DNA of 63,120 nucleotides, filler included, from Octopus bimaculoides (taxonomy: Eukaryota): NCBI RefSeq assembly GCF_001194135.2. It is 6 parts of 6 records of this genome, joined end to end, with 100 filler letters (N's around TTAATTAATTAA, not from the genome) between each part and the next. Parts side by side here need not be neighbours in the genome. Positions count along the whole stretch, not along the records: positions 19,790 to 46,350 come from NC_068989.1; positions 46,451 to 48,727 come from NC_068983.1; positions 48,828 to 59,596 come from NC_069000.1; 3 more parts are not named here. The stretch is one strand, 5' to 3'. The notes under the pieces were generated by a model, which saw only the letters and a list, made by a program, of their open reading frames with translations, ran no database searches and had not been told where the DNA came from. This document shows positions 40,978 to 53,219 of this stretch, piece after piece. Both the position numbers and the translations under genes were made by a program. Position 1 is the first letter of the stretch; the number at the start of each line of letters is the position of its first letter.

Positions 40978-41557
40978 CATTGTTAATATTTTTTTTCATT
41001 ATACTTGTTGTTATTGTTGCACATGTTTTATCAATTTCGCATTTATTGATATTGCTTGAATATTTATTGTGTTGCTGATAACGCTTTTGTTGTTGCAACT
41101 GTTGTTGGTGTCATTGTTATTATTTTTGATTTTGAGGCTGTTATTGTTATTGTTGTTATAATTATTACCGTTCTTCTGATTGCTGTTGTTGTTATTATAA
41201 TTACCATAATTCTGCTTGTCGTTGCATTACTTAGTCCACCGGTAACGCTTTTACGTGATTAAAGAAAAAGAGGGAAAAAGAAAATAGGGAGAGAGAAGCG
41301 TCCATGACGTGAGGTAGGGGGAATGTAATTGTAATGTTTTCACGTGATTAGTTGAAGGGAAAGAGAGAAGGAAATGGAGAGGGAAAAAGAGGATAAGGCG
41401 AAGAGTGACACAGAAAGAGGGAGAGAGAAGCGTGCATGACCTGAGGCAGGGGGAACGTAACATTTATTAGTGGTTAGAAAAGGTAACTGAAGGTAGAAAG
41501 GGAGAGTTAAAATATAATTTTAGCAGAAGGGTGATGTTCTGATGGTGAGGTTAAAGA

Positions 41558-41603
<46 letters not shown>

Positions 41604-41608
41604 GAGAA

Positions 41609-41660
<52 letters not shown>

Positions 41661-41997
41661 CGGGGGAGAGGAGGGGAGAGGGGATGGGAGAGAGGAGGGG
41701 AGAGAGAGACGATGGTGATGGTGATGGTGGAGGTGGTGGTGACGGTCTTTGGATAAAGTATATTCCTTTTTAATTGGACTGTTTTTTTATATCACCTACC
41801 ACTTAACGCATGCGCGTAAATGCAATCCGTGAAATATTCACGTTTATTCACGATGCAGATATATATGCAATTTAACTAAAGGTCGTATCGTAAGTACAGG
41901 ATATTTTTTTGGTTTATGGGAAAAATGGAAAAATAACAGCGAATATTTATTCTATGAGTTCTGTGTAAAATTATGCATAATGTATATAAAGTGCATG

Positions 41998-42834
41998 CAG
42001 TAATCCCTCGACTATCGCGAATGTTGCGTTCCACTTTCACCCCACGAGATAGATGAAAATCCACGAAGAAGAAACGGTACTGTATATTTTCTAAGGCAGA
42101 GGTATTGTTTTCAGTTGCGTTTGTTTGTTTGTTTGTCAGTCCGTGGACAAGATATCTCAAGAGTCGCTGGATGGATTCGGATGAAACTTTCAGAGCTGTT
42201 TGGCCTCATGACTGGCACAAACTGATTAGATTATGGGATCGATCGGGTACCGTACAAGGATTCTGGATTATTTTTCCTTTTTTTTTTTATACTTAAGTTG
42301 TGTGAGCGGTCGGGTCAATTTTTTAGTATTCCCGTTTATGAGAGCAGTCGAGTTTATTTGAGATATTCCCATTTTAAAGGTCATCTCCAGTTAATCGTTG
42401 AGAGGACGCTGGTATTGCCTTGACGGGGGTTTGTGCCCTCTGAGTTCTCTTGTTATTATTTCTATAATTTGTATATATTTATTTTATTATAAATGCAAAA
42501 CAACATCACGCATTCGCCTCCTGAGTACCGTTTACCTTACAGTATGTGCGATTCTTTGTTTACTCATCTACGGTGCGCTACGTATTTTCTTTTAATATAT
42601 TCTAATTAATGTGTTATACAGTGCAGTATTGAACTGTATTTTTATTTATCAATTAATTTTTAGGCGTGAAAATGCCTATTTTACCACAGAAATGATTAAA
42701 ATCTAAAAAAATATAAATACCTATCGGCTGCAGAAATCCGCGATATGCTGAGTGTCCGCGATATAAATTTACATATATTAGCCAGAATGTACTGAGGAGT
42801 GATAGGTGAACCGCGATATGGCGAGTGATTACTG
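41998..42834. mobile_element. pogo/Tigger-type MITE interrupted by a nested element
   Basis: Ends cagtaatccctcgactatcgcg and cgcgatatggcgagtgattactg. Confidence 0.55.
42088..42452 (+). mobile_element. Helentron/DINE-1-like non-autonomous element (HINE-like)
   Basis: 5' aaggcagaggtattgttttc, an internal (GTTT)n tract, ggatggattcggatgaaactttc, and a 3' gtattgccttgacgggggtttgtgccctctgagt stem-loop. The family assignment is from recalled architecture only. Confidence 0.45.
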
Positions 42835-43595
42835 TTTATAAAGTGTACTAAGTAATCATCGTATGCAAATTTCTTTCACTTTTCAATGAGTGGCAGATGG
42901 TCGACTATCTTTCCATACAGACACAACACAGGCTACGCTTTCAGGTTTTTTGGACAAAGCTTTCCGAAATACCCCAAGTTTACCATTAATTCCGTGAAAT
43001 ATTGAAGGGTCCCGCTAGTTACGGTAATTGGTGCCGTGATTCTTCTTATTCTTCTTCTTCTTCTTCTTCTCCTTCTTCTTCTTCTCCTCCTTCTTCTTCT
43101 TCTTCTTCTTCTTCTTCTTCTTCTTCTTCTTCTTCTTCTCCTCCTCCTTCTTCTTCTTCTTCTTCTTCTTCTTCTTCTTCTTCTTCTTCTTCTNNNNNNN
43201 NNNNNNNNNNNNNNNNNNNNNNNNNNNNNNNNNNNNNNNNNNNNNNNNNNNNNNNNNNNNNNNNNNNNNNNNNNNNNNNNNNNNNNNNNNNNNNNNNNNN
43301 NNNNNNNNNNNNNNNNNNNNNNNNNNNNNNNNNNNNNNNNNNNNNNNNNNNNNNNNNNNNNNNNNNNNNNNNNNNNNNNNNNNNNNNNNNNNNNNNNNNN
43401 NNNNNNNNNNNNNNNNNNNNNNNNNNNNNNNNNNNNNNNNNNNNNNNNNNNNNNNNNNNNNNNNNNNNNNNNNNNNNNNNNNNNNNNNNNNNNNNNNNNN
43501 NNNNNNNNNNNNNNNNNNNNNNNNNNNNNNNNNNNNNNNNNNNNNNNNNNNNNNNNNNNNNNNNNNNNNNNNNNNNNNNNNNNNNNNNNNNNNNN

Positions 43596-43838
43596 NCATA
43601 TATGTATATATATGTGTGTGTGTGTTTGTGTCTCTGTTTGTCCCCCTAGCATTGCTTGACAAACAATGCTGGTGTGTTTATGTCCCCGTCACTTAGCGGT
43701 TCGTCAAAAAGAGACCGATAGAATAAGTACTAGGCTTACAAAGAATAAGTCCTGGGGTCGATTTGCTCGACTAAAGGCGGTGCTCCAGCATGGCCGCAGT
43801 CAAATGACTGAAACAAGTAAAAGAATAAAAGAGTAAAA
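43596..43838 (+). mobile_element. SINE family B 3' half after a gap; other partial copies at 10461-10507, 21130-21300, 43990-44210, 45146-45182, 52850-53315 and 58575-58712
   Basis: Matches to the family B consensus. Confidence 0.8.
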
Positions 43839-44794
43839 GAATATATATATATATATATAATGTCATGCACTTGTGAACAGTAGCGTCAATGGTTAGAGAT
43901 TCCATTGTTCCGTTATCATTAAGTTCATTGTATTCCCGATTGCATTGGTAGCAAGTAATGCCAACAAATAGATCCCAGTACTCACTTTTATTTTCAAGTT
44001 TGCTAGTTTTTCGCCGAACCGCTATTTACAGGGACGCAATCATACAAATACCGGTGGTCAAATGGTGGCGGTGGACAAACACTAAGACACCCACACACGC
44101 ACTTCGTTGACAGGTTTCTTTACAGCATCCATCTACCAGATTCATTCACAGAGCATCAGTTGGTCTGAGGCTCTAGTAGAAATCACTCGACCAATGCTCC
44201 ACGCGGTTCCAAATCGATATCTTGAAGCTAGACGTCCAATATCGAAAATTATACCCAATTCATATTGGGTTCATATAACTTAAACAACACTTCTAACCAG
44301 TTGTCTATCATAAAAATTAAAGATTTATAATTGTTATGTCTCAACGCTACTGCTATCTAGCACCTTCGGATGGTCTCTACTCAACCGCTTCACAACTGCT
44401 ACTCGACTGCTACTCAACCCTCCTACCACGGCCAGACTACCTCTATTTATATGTCTTGGGGGATCCTACTTCTTCACCTGAGGGGGTCGACACAACAATA
44501 ATAGAAACAGATTTGCTGTTTACACTCATTTTATATCCCTTGGGAAAGCATTGCCTGTCTTGCTTCGTGCATGCAAACAAGTATATATGAATACTGAGAT
44601 ATTCGTCAGTTGNNNNNNNNNNATATATATGCATATATGTTTATTTGTGATGTCCTATACCCATATATGCATGTATGTCTACATATAGATGTAGGTATTT
44701 GTATACTATTTATATTATATTATATATATTGATAGAAATGTTAAGACAACAAAAGAATGAAAGAGACCTCGATATTATGTAAATACAGGAATTT

Positions 44795-45085
44795 ATCTGT
44801 AAATGTAATATGTGACAATTATTCGGTAGCCATGATAAAACTCCGAGTATTCCTGCCCCATAAATTCTGTCGAATGTTCTTTGAACCACTTCTTCACTAC
44901 AGTTTTCACTTCCTCGTCACTGGAGTAATGTTTACCTCCCAAACCCTCTTTCATGGGGCCGAAGAGATGATAGTCCAATGACGAGGAAGTGAAAACTGTA
45001 GTGAAGAAGTGGCTCAAAGAATCGTCAACAGACATCCGAAACTCGGAGTTTTATCATGGCTAACGAATATATTGTATTTACAGAT
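44795..45085. mobile_element. Second, truncated copy of the fold-back mariner MITE in opposite orientation, enclosed by an extra inverted repeat
   Basis: Inner arms 44877-44924 and 44974-45021 with the same 49-nt loop reversed. Outer arms 44820-44848 and 45041-45069 (28/29 match), plus 44795-44804 and 45076-45085. Confidence 0.75.
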
Positions 45086-45644
45086 ATATATAAATTTATT
45101 ATTATATTTACATATATATATATATATATATATATNNNNNNNNNNTAAGCAAGCTACTTACCACACAGCCACTCCTACGCCTATTTTATATATATTTATA
45201 TATATATAATATATATATAATATATATAATATATACTGTCCAATTTTTCCTGTTTTGGTTTACTGTCTTTCCTGTCTTTGCCACTTTGGAATCCTCTGTT
45301 TAGTTGGTTGATCCACTACTCAGGAAGAGACTATTCTTGAGTACGTCCTGCCTTATCTTCGAAACGTCGAGTTAGAATAGAGGCAGCTGATGAATAATTC
45401 CAAGTGGCTTTCTGTTTTCCTATGTGTTCGTTCCGCTGTCTGTAGTTCATTGTTCTAACGTCCTGTACCCTGATATGCATCTATATACACATGTAGATGA
45501 AAGTATATATATATATGTGTGTATACATGCATATATATTTTTTCTATTATATATATATATGACAATTGCAGCGTGGAAGGTGTTTATAAGCCATTTAAAA
45601 TAACACACAAAATCCGTTAGATTCACTTCAACATTTAAATTTAA

Positions 45645-45695
45645 TTTGTCAAAATATTTTCGTCGCTTTGAGACCGCGACTTGTTCACTGACAAA
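45645..45695 (-). ncRNA. Non-canonical minimal hammerhead-like motif (G3:C8 core)
   Basis: tttgtca GTGAACA a gtcgc ggtctcaaa gcgac GAAA atat t t tgacaaa: 7-bp stem I, 5-bp stem II, GAAA and a palindromic ATAT loop III. It lies in a roughly 150-bp unit (45561-45708) between (TA)n tracts. Confidence 0.5.
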
Positions 45696-45741
45696 ATTCT
45701 GTGCTGCATATATATATATATATATATATACACATAATATA

Positions 45742-46173
45742 TACGAGGGTGAGTCAAAGACTAATGCCATTTTGTTTAGGACAGGTATAATTACCAACAC
45801 AGGAACATGTATCATACATCAAAATGAAGCTGCTCCTCTGTGGATCCCATCCCTACTCCTCAACATAGTCACCGTTTCTCTCAATAGTAATGTTACACCT
45901 TCGAATGAGAAAATGTTTCCTTGCCCCGTAAAGTTCTGCTGAACGTTCTTTGAGCCACTTCTTCACAACTGTTTTCGCTTCCTCGTCACTGGACTATCAT
46001 CTCTTCGGCCCCATGAAATAGGGTTTGGCGGGTAAACATTATTCCAGTGACGAAGAAGTGAAAACTGTAGTGAAGAAGTTGCACAAAGAACATTCAACAG
46101 AATTTTATGGTGCAGGGATACATGTTCTTATTCGGATGTGGAACATTGCTATAGAGAGAAACGGTGGCTATGT
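45742..46173. mobile_element. Fold-back mariner-derived MITE (two inverted 3' ends, 49-nt loop)
   Basis: TA|CGAGGGTGAGTCAAAG TIR at 45742. Inverted arms 45863-45993 and 46043-46173. The loop plus right arm encode DYHLFGPMK*GLAGKHYSSDEEVKTVVKKLHKEHSTEFY. Confidence 0.8.
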
Positions 46174-46223
46174 AAATAATATATATATATATGCATATAT
46201 ATAATATAAATAATATATATATG

Positions 46224-46256
<33 letters not shown>

Positions 46257-46350
46257 AATAATATATATATATGCATATATATATATATAATATAAATAAT
46301 ATATATATATGCATATATATAATATAAATAATATATATATGCATATATAT
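46168..46350. repeat. AT-rich minisatellite, roughly 30-bp unit taaataat(at)n gcat(at)n aata, about 5 copies
   Basis: Recurrent aatataaataatatatatat..gcatatat; runs into a gap. Confidence 0.7.
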
Positions 46351-47581
46351 NNNNNNNNNNNNNNNNNNNNNNNNNNNNNNNNNNNNNNNNNNNNTTAATT
46401 AATTAANNNNNNNNNNNNNNNNNNNNNNNNNNNNNNNNNNNNNNNNNNNNTATATATATATATTTATATATATTTATATTTATATATATAAAAGCACATA
46501 TGTTTACACACATGTGTATATATACATATATATGCATACACACACATATATATGTATAAATGTGTATACACATATGTATACAGATACACATACATATATG
46601 TATACATATACATATATGTATACACATACATATATATGTATATAATTCATATATATGTATATAATTCATATATACGTATATACATATATATATATATATA
46701 TATATACGTATACATACATGTGTGTATGCATATGTGCGTGCGCATATATATACTTACATATAAATAAATGTATGTATACACACACGCACGCACATATATA
46801 TATATATATATATATACATATATACTTACTTACACACACACGTACATATTTACATACAAATACATACATTCACATATACATTAATATACATATATATGCA
46901 CTTGAGAGTTCCAAAAGTTTTGAAACCCACATAGCATGACAGCAGGAAAAGAATGCATTTGGAATCACTGATAGGAGTCAGTCAACACGCAAAGAAATCG
47001 GTGGAATACTACCTCGCGCGCTCGCAAATAAGAACACACACACACACACACAGTTTTTGCTATATGCTTGCCCACATTATAGCATACGTACACTTAACAA
47101 ACGTAGAGATTCACAGAAAAAAGTGTAAGTACTGCGCGCGCACACATAAACACACACACATAGGCGCCTCTTATGAAATATTTCTTTATTCTAGTGATAT
47201 TTACGAACATTTTATGTGTATAGAGGATGATGCTGATGACGATGATGAACTTGTTTAGATGAGTTTTTGTCTTGTGTTGGTGTGTATGCATGTTGGGGAG
47301 AGATACAGCAACTGCGTATGTGTGTAAGTGTGCGTTGGCGTCGAGTTCGCGCGCATCCCTGTGTATGTTGTGACGCTGACACAGACAGATATCATCAACA
47401 TCATCGCCTACCATCACTACAACTACAAAACTCAGAGGAAAGTTAAGTGAATAGTATTGATTTGATGGCGCTGCTTGCCTGCCTGCCTGCCTGCACCATC
47501 ACCGACAGCTGGCTGACAGAGCGACAGGCAGGCAAACAGACAGACATACAAACGCACACACTCGTACACTTTGACAGTAAC

Positions 47582-47617
<36 letters not shown>

Positions 47618-47939
47618 TGATTGAGTTGGTGAGCAGTTTTACATTAATCCTGAGAATGTCAACAAGGGATTAACAATAATCAACCTGGCTTCATGACAAT
47701 GCGATCGGATATCTAAACAGATATATAATCAGAAGTTCTCTATTACTATTAGAAAGCATTTCAAAATATAGTATGTTATTGTATAGTATAGTATGTTATA
47801 GTATAGATGTTCATGACATTGAATTACACAGATTTCCGGTTCAATGCAGTACCCTGTAGTGAATGAAGAGGAAGCGGGGGATTAATCATTGCATATAATG
47901 GTGACACAGTCATGAGGATAATGATGATGATTGTTGTTG

Positions 47940-48120
47940 TTCAGATCCAGGTTATCGAGCTGAAGTATGAGCAAAGGCAGTCCAACCGTGACTAGCCCGC
48001 CTCTATTTAATGTATACGTCTAGAAATATATAATCCACTGTTATTTCTTTATTTAAAAGGGAAGGGCTGGATTTAAGGGAGATTTGGCTGCTATTTCTAG
48101 CATCTGGCGGCAAAGCAGAG
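47940..48120 (-). mobile_element. Old interspersed repeat family D; fragments also at 49940-50110, 52560-52660, 57500-57545, 59845-59900 and 60085-60190
   Basis: Shared motifs ctagaaatagcagccaaatctccct.aaatc.caccct and gg.cacg.ctggaatgc.ttt.atc.tagg. Confidence 0.5.
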
Positions 48121-48314
48121 GCTGGTTTCCTCGATGACGATGATGGTGATGATGATGATGGTGATGATGATGATGATGATGATGATGACAGAATTTTAGA
48201 CTACACATGTCTTTCGTAATAACTCTAACCAATAACAAGAACAATAACGGTCTAACTTGTTTTGGTCACAAAGAAGTACAATTAATGGGCAAGTTGTAAC
48301 GTTCGAGTGCTTAC

Positions 48315-48390
48315 CCTGCCGAGTTGTGTTATGCGGGGGTGTCGATGAAGAGACATTTGTGGACGAAAGTGAAGTAGTTCTATCTACACT
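48315..48390 (-). CDS. Candidate internal exon, Ser/Thr-rich (SVDRTTSLSSTNVSSSTPPHNTTRQ)
   Basis: Strong donor agg|GTAAGC at 48314-48309 and weak acceptor ttcAG. Only one frame is open, and it has two N-x-S/T sequons. Confidence 0.25.
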
Positions 48391-49142
48391 CTGAATCGAG
48401 ACTGGGTCACGACATTTTATTTACGGGTAACTTTACGAATTGCAATATGATGCTCGTTCAATAAATAAATGTAAGTAAATAAATTTTATTGACAGCGACT
48501 TCGAAATTTCGCCGATGATGTTGTTGTCAGTCCAATGACGATATTACCGGTGAAATTTCGAAATAATTAATGATATTTGGTTCTACACATGTATCGAGTT
48601 GTTTTTTGTTTGTTTGTTTTTTTTCAGTTAGTGTTCACAGGTTTTTTATAATTTTTAAATTTCATAATTATAAGAAGAGAGAAAAAAATATTTAGCTGTA
48701 TAAATAAATAAACGATTATAACATTTTNNNNNNNNNNNNNNNNNNNNNNNNNNNNNNNNNNNNNNNNNNNNTTAATTAATTAANNNNNNNNNNNNNNNNN
48801 NNNNNNNNNNNNNNNNNNNNNNNNNNNAATTACAGAAAAACATTTTAAAAGAAAAAAAAACATAAAATTGTAAAAAAGAGCAAAAACAAGTAAAATAAAC
48901 CAACATTAATTTACATTAACCAACAAAAAATAAACAGATAAATAGGTTTCCAATACGATTAAGGTGTTTATTTATAGTTGTGTATGTATATGTATGTGTG
49001 TACATGTGTGTGTGTGCGTATGCGTGTTTGTGTACGTACTTTTGTGTGTGAGAGAGAATGTGTGTGTGTGTGTGTGTGTGTGCGTTTCTAGGTATACATG
49101 TATGCAATTATCTGTATGTGCCTGTGTGTTAATGTGTGTAAA

Positions 49143-49244
<102 letters not shown>

Positions 49245-49845
49245 ACTCATTATATAAGTGTATTTATGTACGTGTTTCTACACACACACATACATATATT
49301 CATATTTGTATGTGTGTGCATGTGTGCGTGTGTGTATGTGTGTGTGCGTTTGTATGCATCAGAGAGAGAGCAGATATGTTTAAATTTCCAAATACGTTTC
49401 TATATGTGTGTGTGAGAGAAAGAAAGAAACAAACAAACAAAGAAACAAAGAAAGAAAGAAGTATATATACACGTAATGCTGGTGGTTAAGATATTCTCTC
49501 CGCAACGCTAAGGACTTGATTTCAATCCCTTCGCATGACATTTTGAGAAATTACTCTTTTCAATACTCTCGAGTCGACAAAAGCCTTGTGACAAAAACTG
49601 GGCTGAGAGAATCACTATGTAGAGTCTCTTTCCGGTTGGTTGTATCTGTTATTCAAGGAGCCAGCATTCTAAAACATAGTATAGGATCGAAACTGCTTGG
49701 GGAATATTTTAAACTTATTTATGGCGTAGTCCGGAGCAAACACGGTGCCCATTACTGTTAGCAGAGCCTCCGAGATTTCTGGGAGAGAGCAACGGAGGGA
49801 GGGAAGTTGTTATCCCGAAGCCAGAAACCTGGCATGAACGCTTAC

Positions 49846-49917
49846 CGCAGAGTAGATTCTGCTAAAGGTCTCCAAGGTGTCGGGTAGTGATGTTATAGCG
49901 GGGACTAGGATATTCGT
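49846..49917 (-). CDS. Candidate internal exon (TNILVPAITSLPDTLETFSRIYSA)
   Basis: Strong donor gcg|GTAAGC at 49845-49840 and weak acceptor tttcaaaAG; 72 bp, phase 0-0, open frame. Confidence 0.2.
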
Positions 49918-50499
49918 CTTTTGAAATTAAGGATATCGTCTCACACGTAGATATGTCTACAAGAAGTGATATTAATGCTGTTCAAATCTTCCTCAAATTA
50001 CACCCTACCATCTCAAATAAATTTTACACTAGGCAATGTGCTTCTTCTCCTGACCGGATGGTCACGATCGGGGCGCCTCTCATCGTAGGGCTGACCTGCG
50101 ACTTAACAGTATCGGTAACAATGACAATCATAAGTACCAGTGATACACTGCGGTCTGTTCAGCTGTCTTCGTATGAGGCTCTGAATTGTTGTTCTGATGT
50201 AAGGAGACAGAATGCTGGTTTAGTTACAGACAGGTTCTGAGTTCAAATGTAACTGTAATCCATGAAATATGTACCTGTAATATACTGGGGAATGTGTTAT
50301 GAAGCCTACCGCCACTACCACCACCGCCAACATCATACCTATACACGGTTTTACATCATCGTTTTCTTTTTTATTGGAATTCTATTCAACGCACTGCGCA
50401 TGATCAGAACAGTAACAACAACAATGACAATAACAGCAACAAGAAACTCATAAACACACACACTTACACGTTGACACACAAACATTCAAGCATACATAC

Positions 50500-50545
<46 letters not shown>

Positions 50546-51614
50546 ATATATACATACACTCGCTTATACATACACAAACAGCTATGCACGCACACAATCA
50601 TACACAGACTTACGCATATACTCATACTTACACACACACACCCGCACATATACACACACTTCGATACGCAGAGAAACAAACCGACACATACACTCACACG
50701 CAGAAATACGTGCGCACTCACACACTCACACGTACTCGCACACACACACACACACGAACACATAAACACACACATACACACTTATACACACGTCGGTTCA
50801 TCTACATGAAAAGACATGAAGAACAGAAGAAAACTCTCCAGAGAGTAGTTTAGTTGCGTTCCTACAAAGTCCCTTGGGTGGTGGTGAAACCATTAGTAGT
50901 AAGGCTCCACAAAGTGGGTCCCCTTTCTTGACCCCTAAATTACAGGCTGCTAAAACGTAGTTTATCAAGAAGTCTGTAATGTTATTTTTTTATCCTCCCT
51001 GTATAAAAATAACAATGATTTAAAAAAACAAAAACTCCATTAGAGTTTCATACTTAATTTTCTAGTAAAATTAATGAGTTTTATTTTCTGTTGTCAGAAA
51101 TAATGTGAAGAGGGCGTGATGGTTGTTGGGCAAGTTATTGCTTTCGTGGTTGTCCGTGTCTTGCAAATTTCTGTTGTTAACACAACGGCTGTTGTCATTA
51201 TAAAAAAATATTTTGTTGTCGACGCCAGCAAGACATGCTACGGTGATGGTTGTCGATCGTTCTCGATGTTGAGACGTTGGCGATAGATTTGATTGTTTGT
51301 TGTTGTTGTTGTTGTTGTTGTTGTCGTTGTTCCTTTTGTTTGACGCATTGTTGCTTTTGTTGTAATTCTTGTTCACGTGGCTAGCTGTTGATGCTATGGC
51401 CGTTAGAGCTATATCTTCGGTTCTTAGTGAAAGTGGAGAAAATATGATGATAAAAACATTTATTTTGTAGGCGCTGTTCCAGCAGCCATCAATTTCCGTC
51501 ATTTCCGTTGCCACTTTTGAGGTGGGCGGGTGATTAATGATTAAATTCGAGAAGAAAAATTAAGAAATTCTTCAGCGAAGGGCCAAAACAGTTTCTCAGG
51601 ATCCGAGTCGTTAC

Positions 51615-51672
51615 ATACAAAAAATAGCACCACTAGGTACCACACACATCCTACGTAAAACACTTTCAATAC

Positions 51673-51677
<5 letters not shown>
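51615..51677 (+). mobile_element. Very short R4/Dong ORF C-terminal fragment running into (TAG)n
   Basis: IQKIAPLGTTHILRKTLSIQ*, near-identical to the peptide at about 13955-14016. Confidence 0.65.
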
Positions 51678-51729
<52 letters not shown>

Positions 51730-52102
51730 CCTTTCTACTATAGGCATAAGGCCTGAAATTTAGGGGAAGTTGATTACATTGACCCTCAATATGCTCAACT
51801 GATGCATATTTTATCGATCCCGGCGGGGTGAACGGCAAAGTCGAGCTCGGTGGCATTTGAACTCAGAACGTAAAGCCGGAAGAAATTCCGTTAAGCGTTT
51901 TTGTCCGGCTCAGCTTGCCGTCTAAATAGTTATAATAGTAATAATAACGCTCTTTTCAAGCAGTTAGTTCATGAAAAGAGAATTACCACCTGATAACAAA
52001 AAGAGGAGGATAAAAAAATAAATAATAAATAAATAAATAAATAAATAAAGGAAAAAGAAAAAAAGGAAAAAAATTACGTGAGAATAACAAACAAATCAAA
52101 GC

Positions 52103-52137
<35 letters not shown>

Positions 52138-52991
52138 GAAGGAAACAAAGAAACAAAGAAAGAAGTGATAACATAAACCGCATCAAACAAACGAAAAATA
52201 AAACCTAAAATATTTATTATAAAAAACGGTAAAAATCAATTATAGAAAATGGCGGATGATAAATGTTTGAAAACACAAGTTTAATTTAGTGAATATAGCG
52301 AAATAATTTCAATATCATTACACGGTTTTCATGAAAAAAATATTCATTCACTCATTCATTTGTTTCTTGTATTTCTTCATTATTTATTCAATCCTTTATT
52401 CGTTTTTCTTTCTTGTGTTTCTTCAAATCAATCAATCATTTTCTATGGCCGCCATTTTGTGAGTTTGCCGATTAAAAGTTGGTTAAAGCTGAAATAGGTT
52501 GTGGATGTTTTCTCTCTATCTTGTCCTACAACCCACCACTGTAAGGCTTTCAGTGCAACGAGCTATGGAAGGGACCTACCTCGACAAGTCGCTAGCCCTT
52601 TTGGCTAGAAACAATAGTTAAATGGCTCTAATACCTCAATGCACCGTTCTAAACAGTCTAATTTTTGAGTACTTTTATTGAAATTCTCATCGTTCCAAAC
52701 ATTCTGATCAAATCTTCATCTCTTTCTTCCATCTCTGAGACCCCGAAAAGGGTTATGAATGTAGCCCTTTTTCTTTTGACTAAACTGACAAAGAAGGGAA
52801 ACTTCAACAAAGAAGAGCCATCGCAGGAATGAATGCCTGGTATAAATTTTACAGGCTTGGCTGTGTGGTAAGAAGCTTCTCAACCACATACACAGACAGA
52901 ATAATACACGACGAGCTTCCGCATAGTTTCCTCTCTACCAAATCCACTCACAAGACTTTGGTCGGCCCGGAGCTATAGTAGAAGACACTTG

Positions 52992-53219
52992 ACGAAAAAT
53001 TAAGGCCAATAGACCGGATATAGTTGTCAGAGATTATCAAGAAAAAAAAAATGTTTTCTAATCGATGTATCAATACCAACAAATGACAATGTTTCTCTAA
53101 AAGAAACGGAGAAACTTTCAAAATACAAAGACCAGGAAACAGAAGTAACTCGAATGTGGAGTCTAAAAACAGAAGCAATTCTTGTCATAGTAGGCGCATT
53201 TGTTATGATAAAAAAATAT
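52992..53219 (+). mobile_element. R4/Dong restriction-like endonuclease fragment inserted in a SINE
   Basis: IKANRPDIVVRDYQEK/KCFLIDVSIPTNDNVSLKETEKLSKYKD.ETEVTRMWSLKT (PD..D..EKLSKY motif), flanked by an exact 30-bp duplication at 52962-52991 and 53220-53249. Confidence 0.8.

Noticed and set aside
45358-45400. gaaacgtcgagtt...ctgatga permuted hammerhead-like string
   Set aside because: No stem I or stem II pairing.
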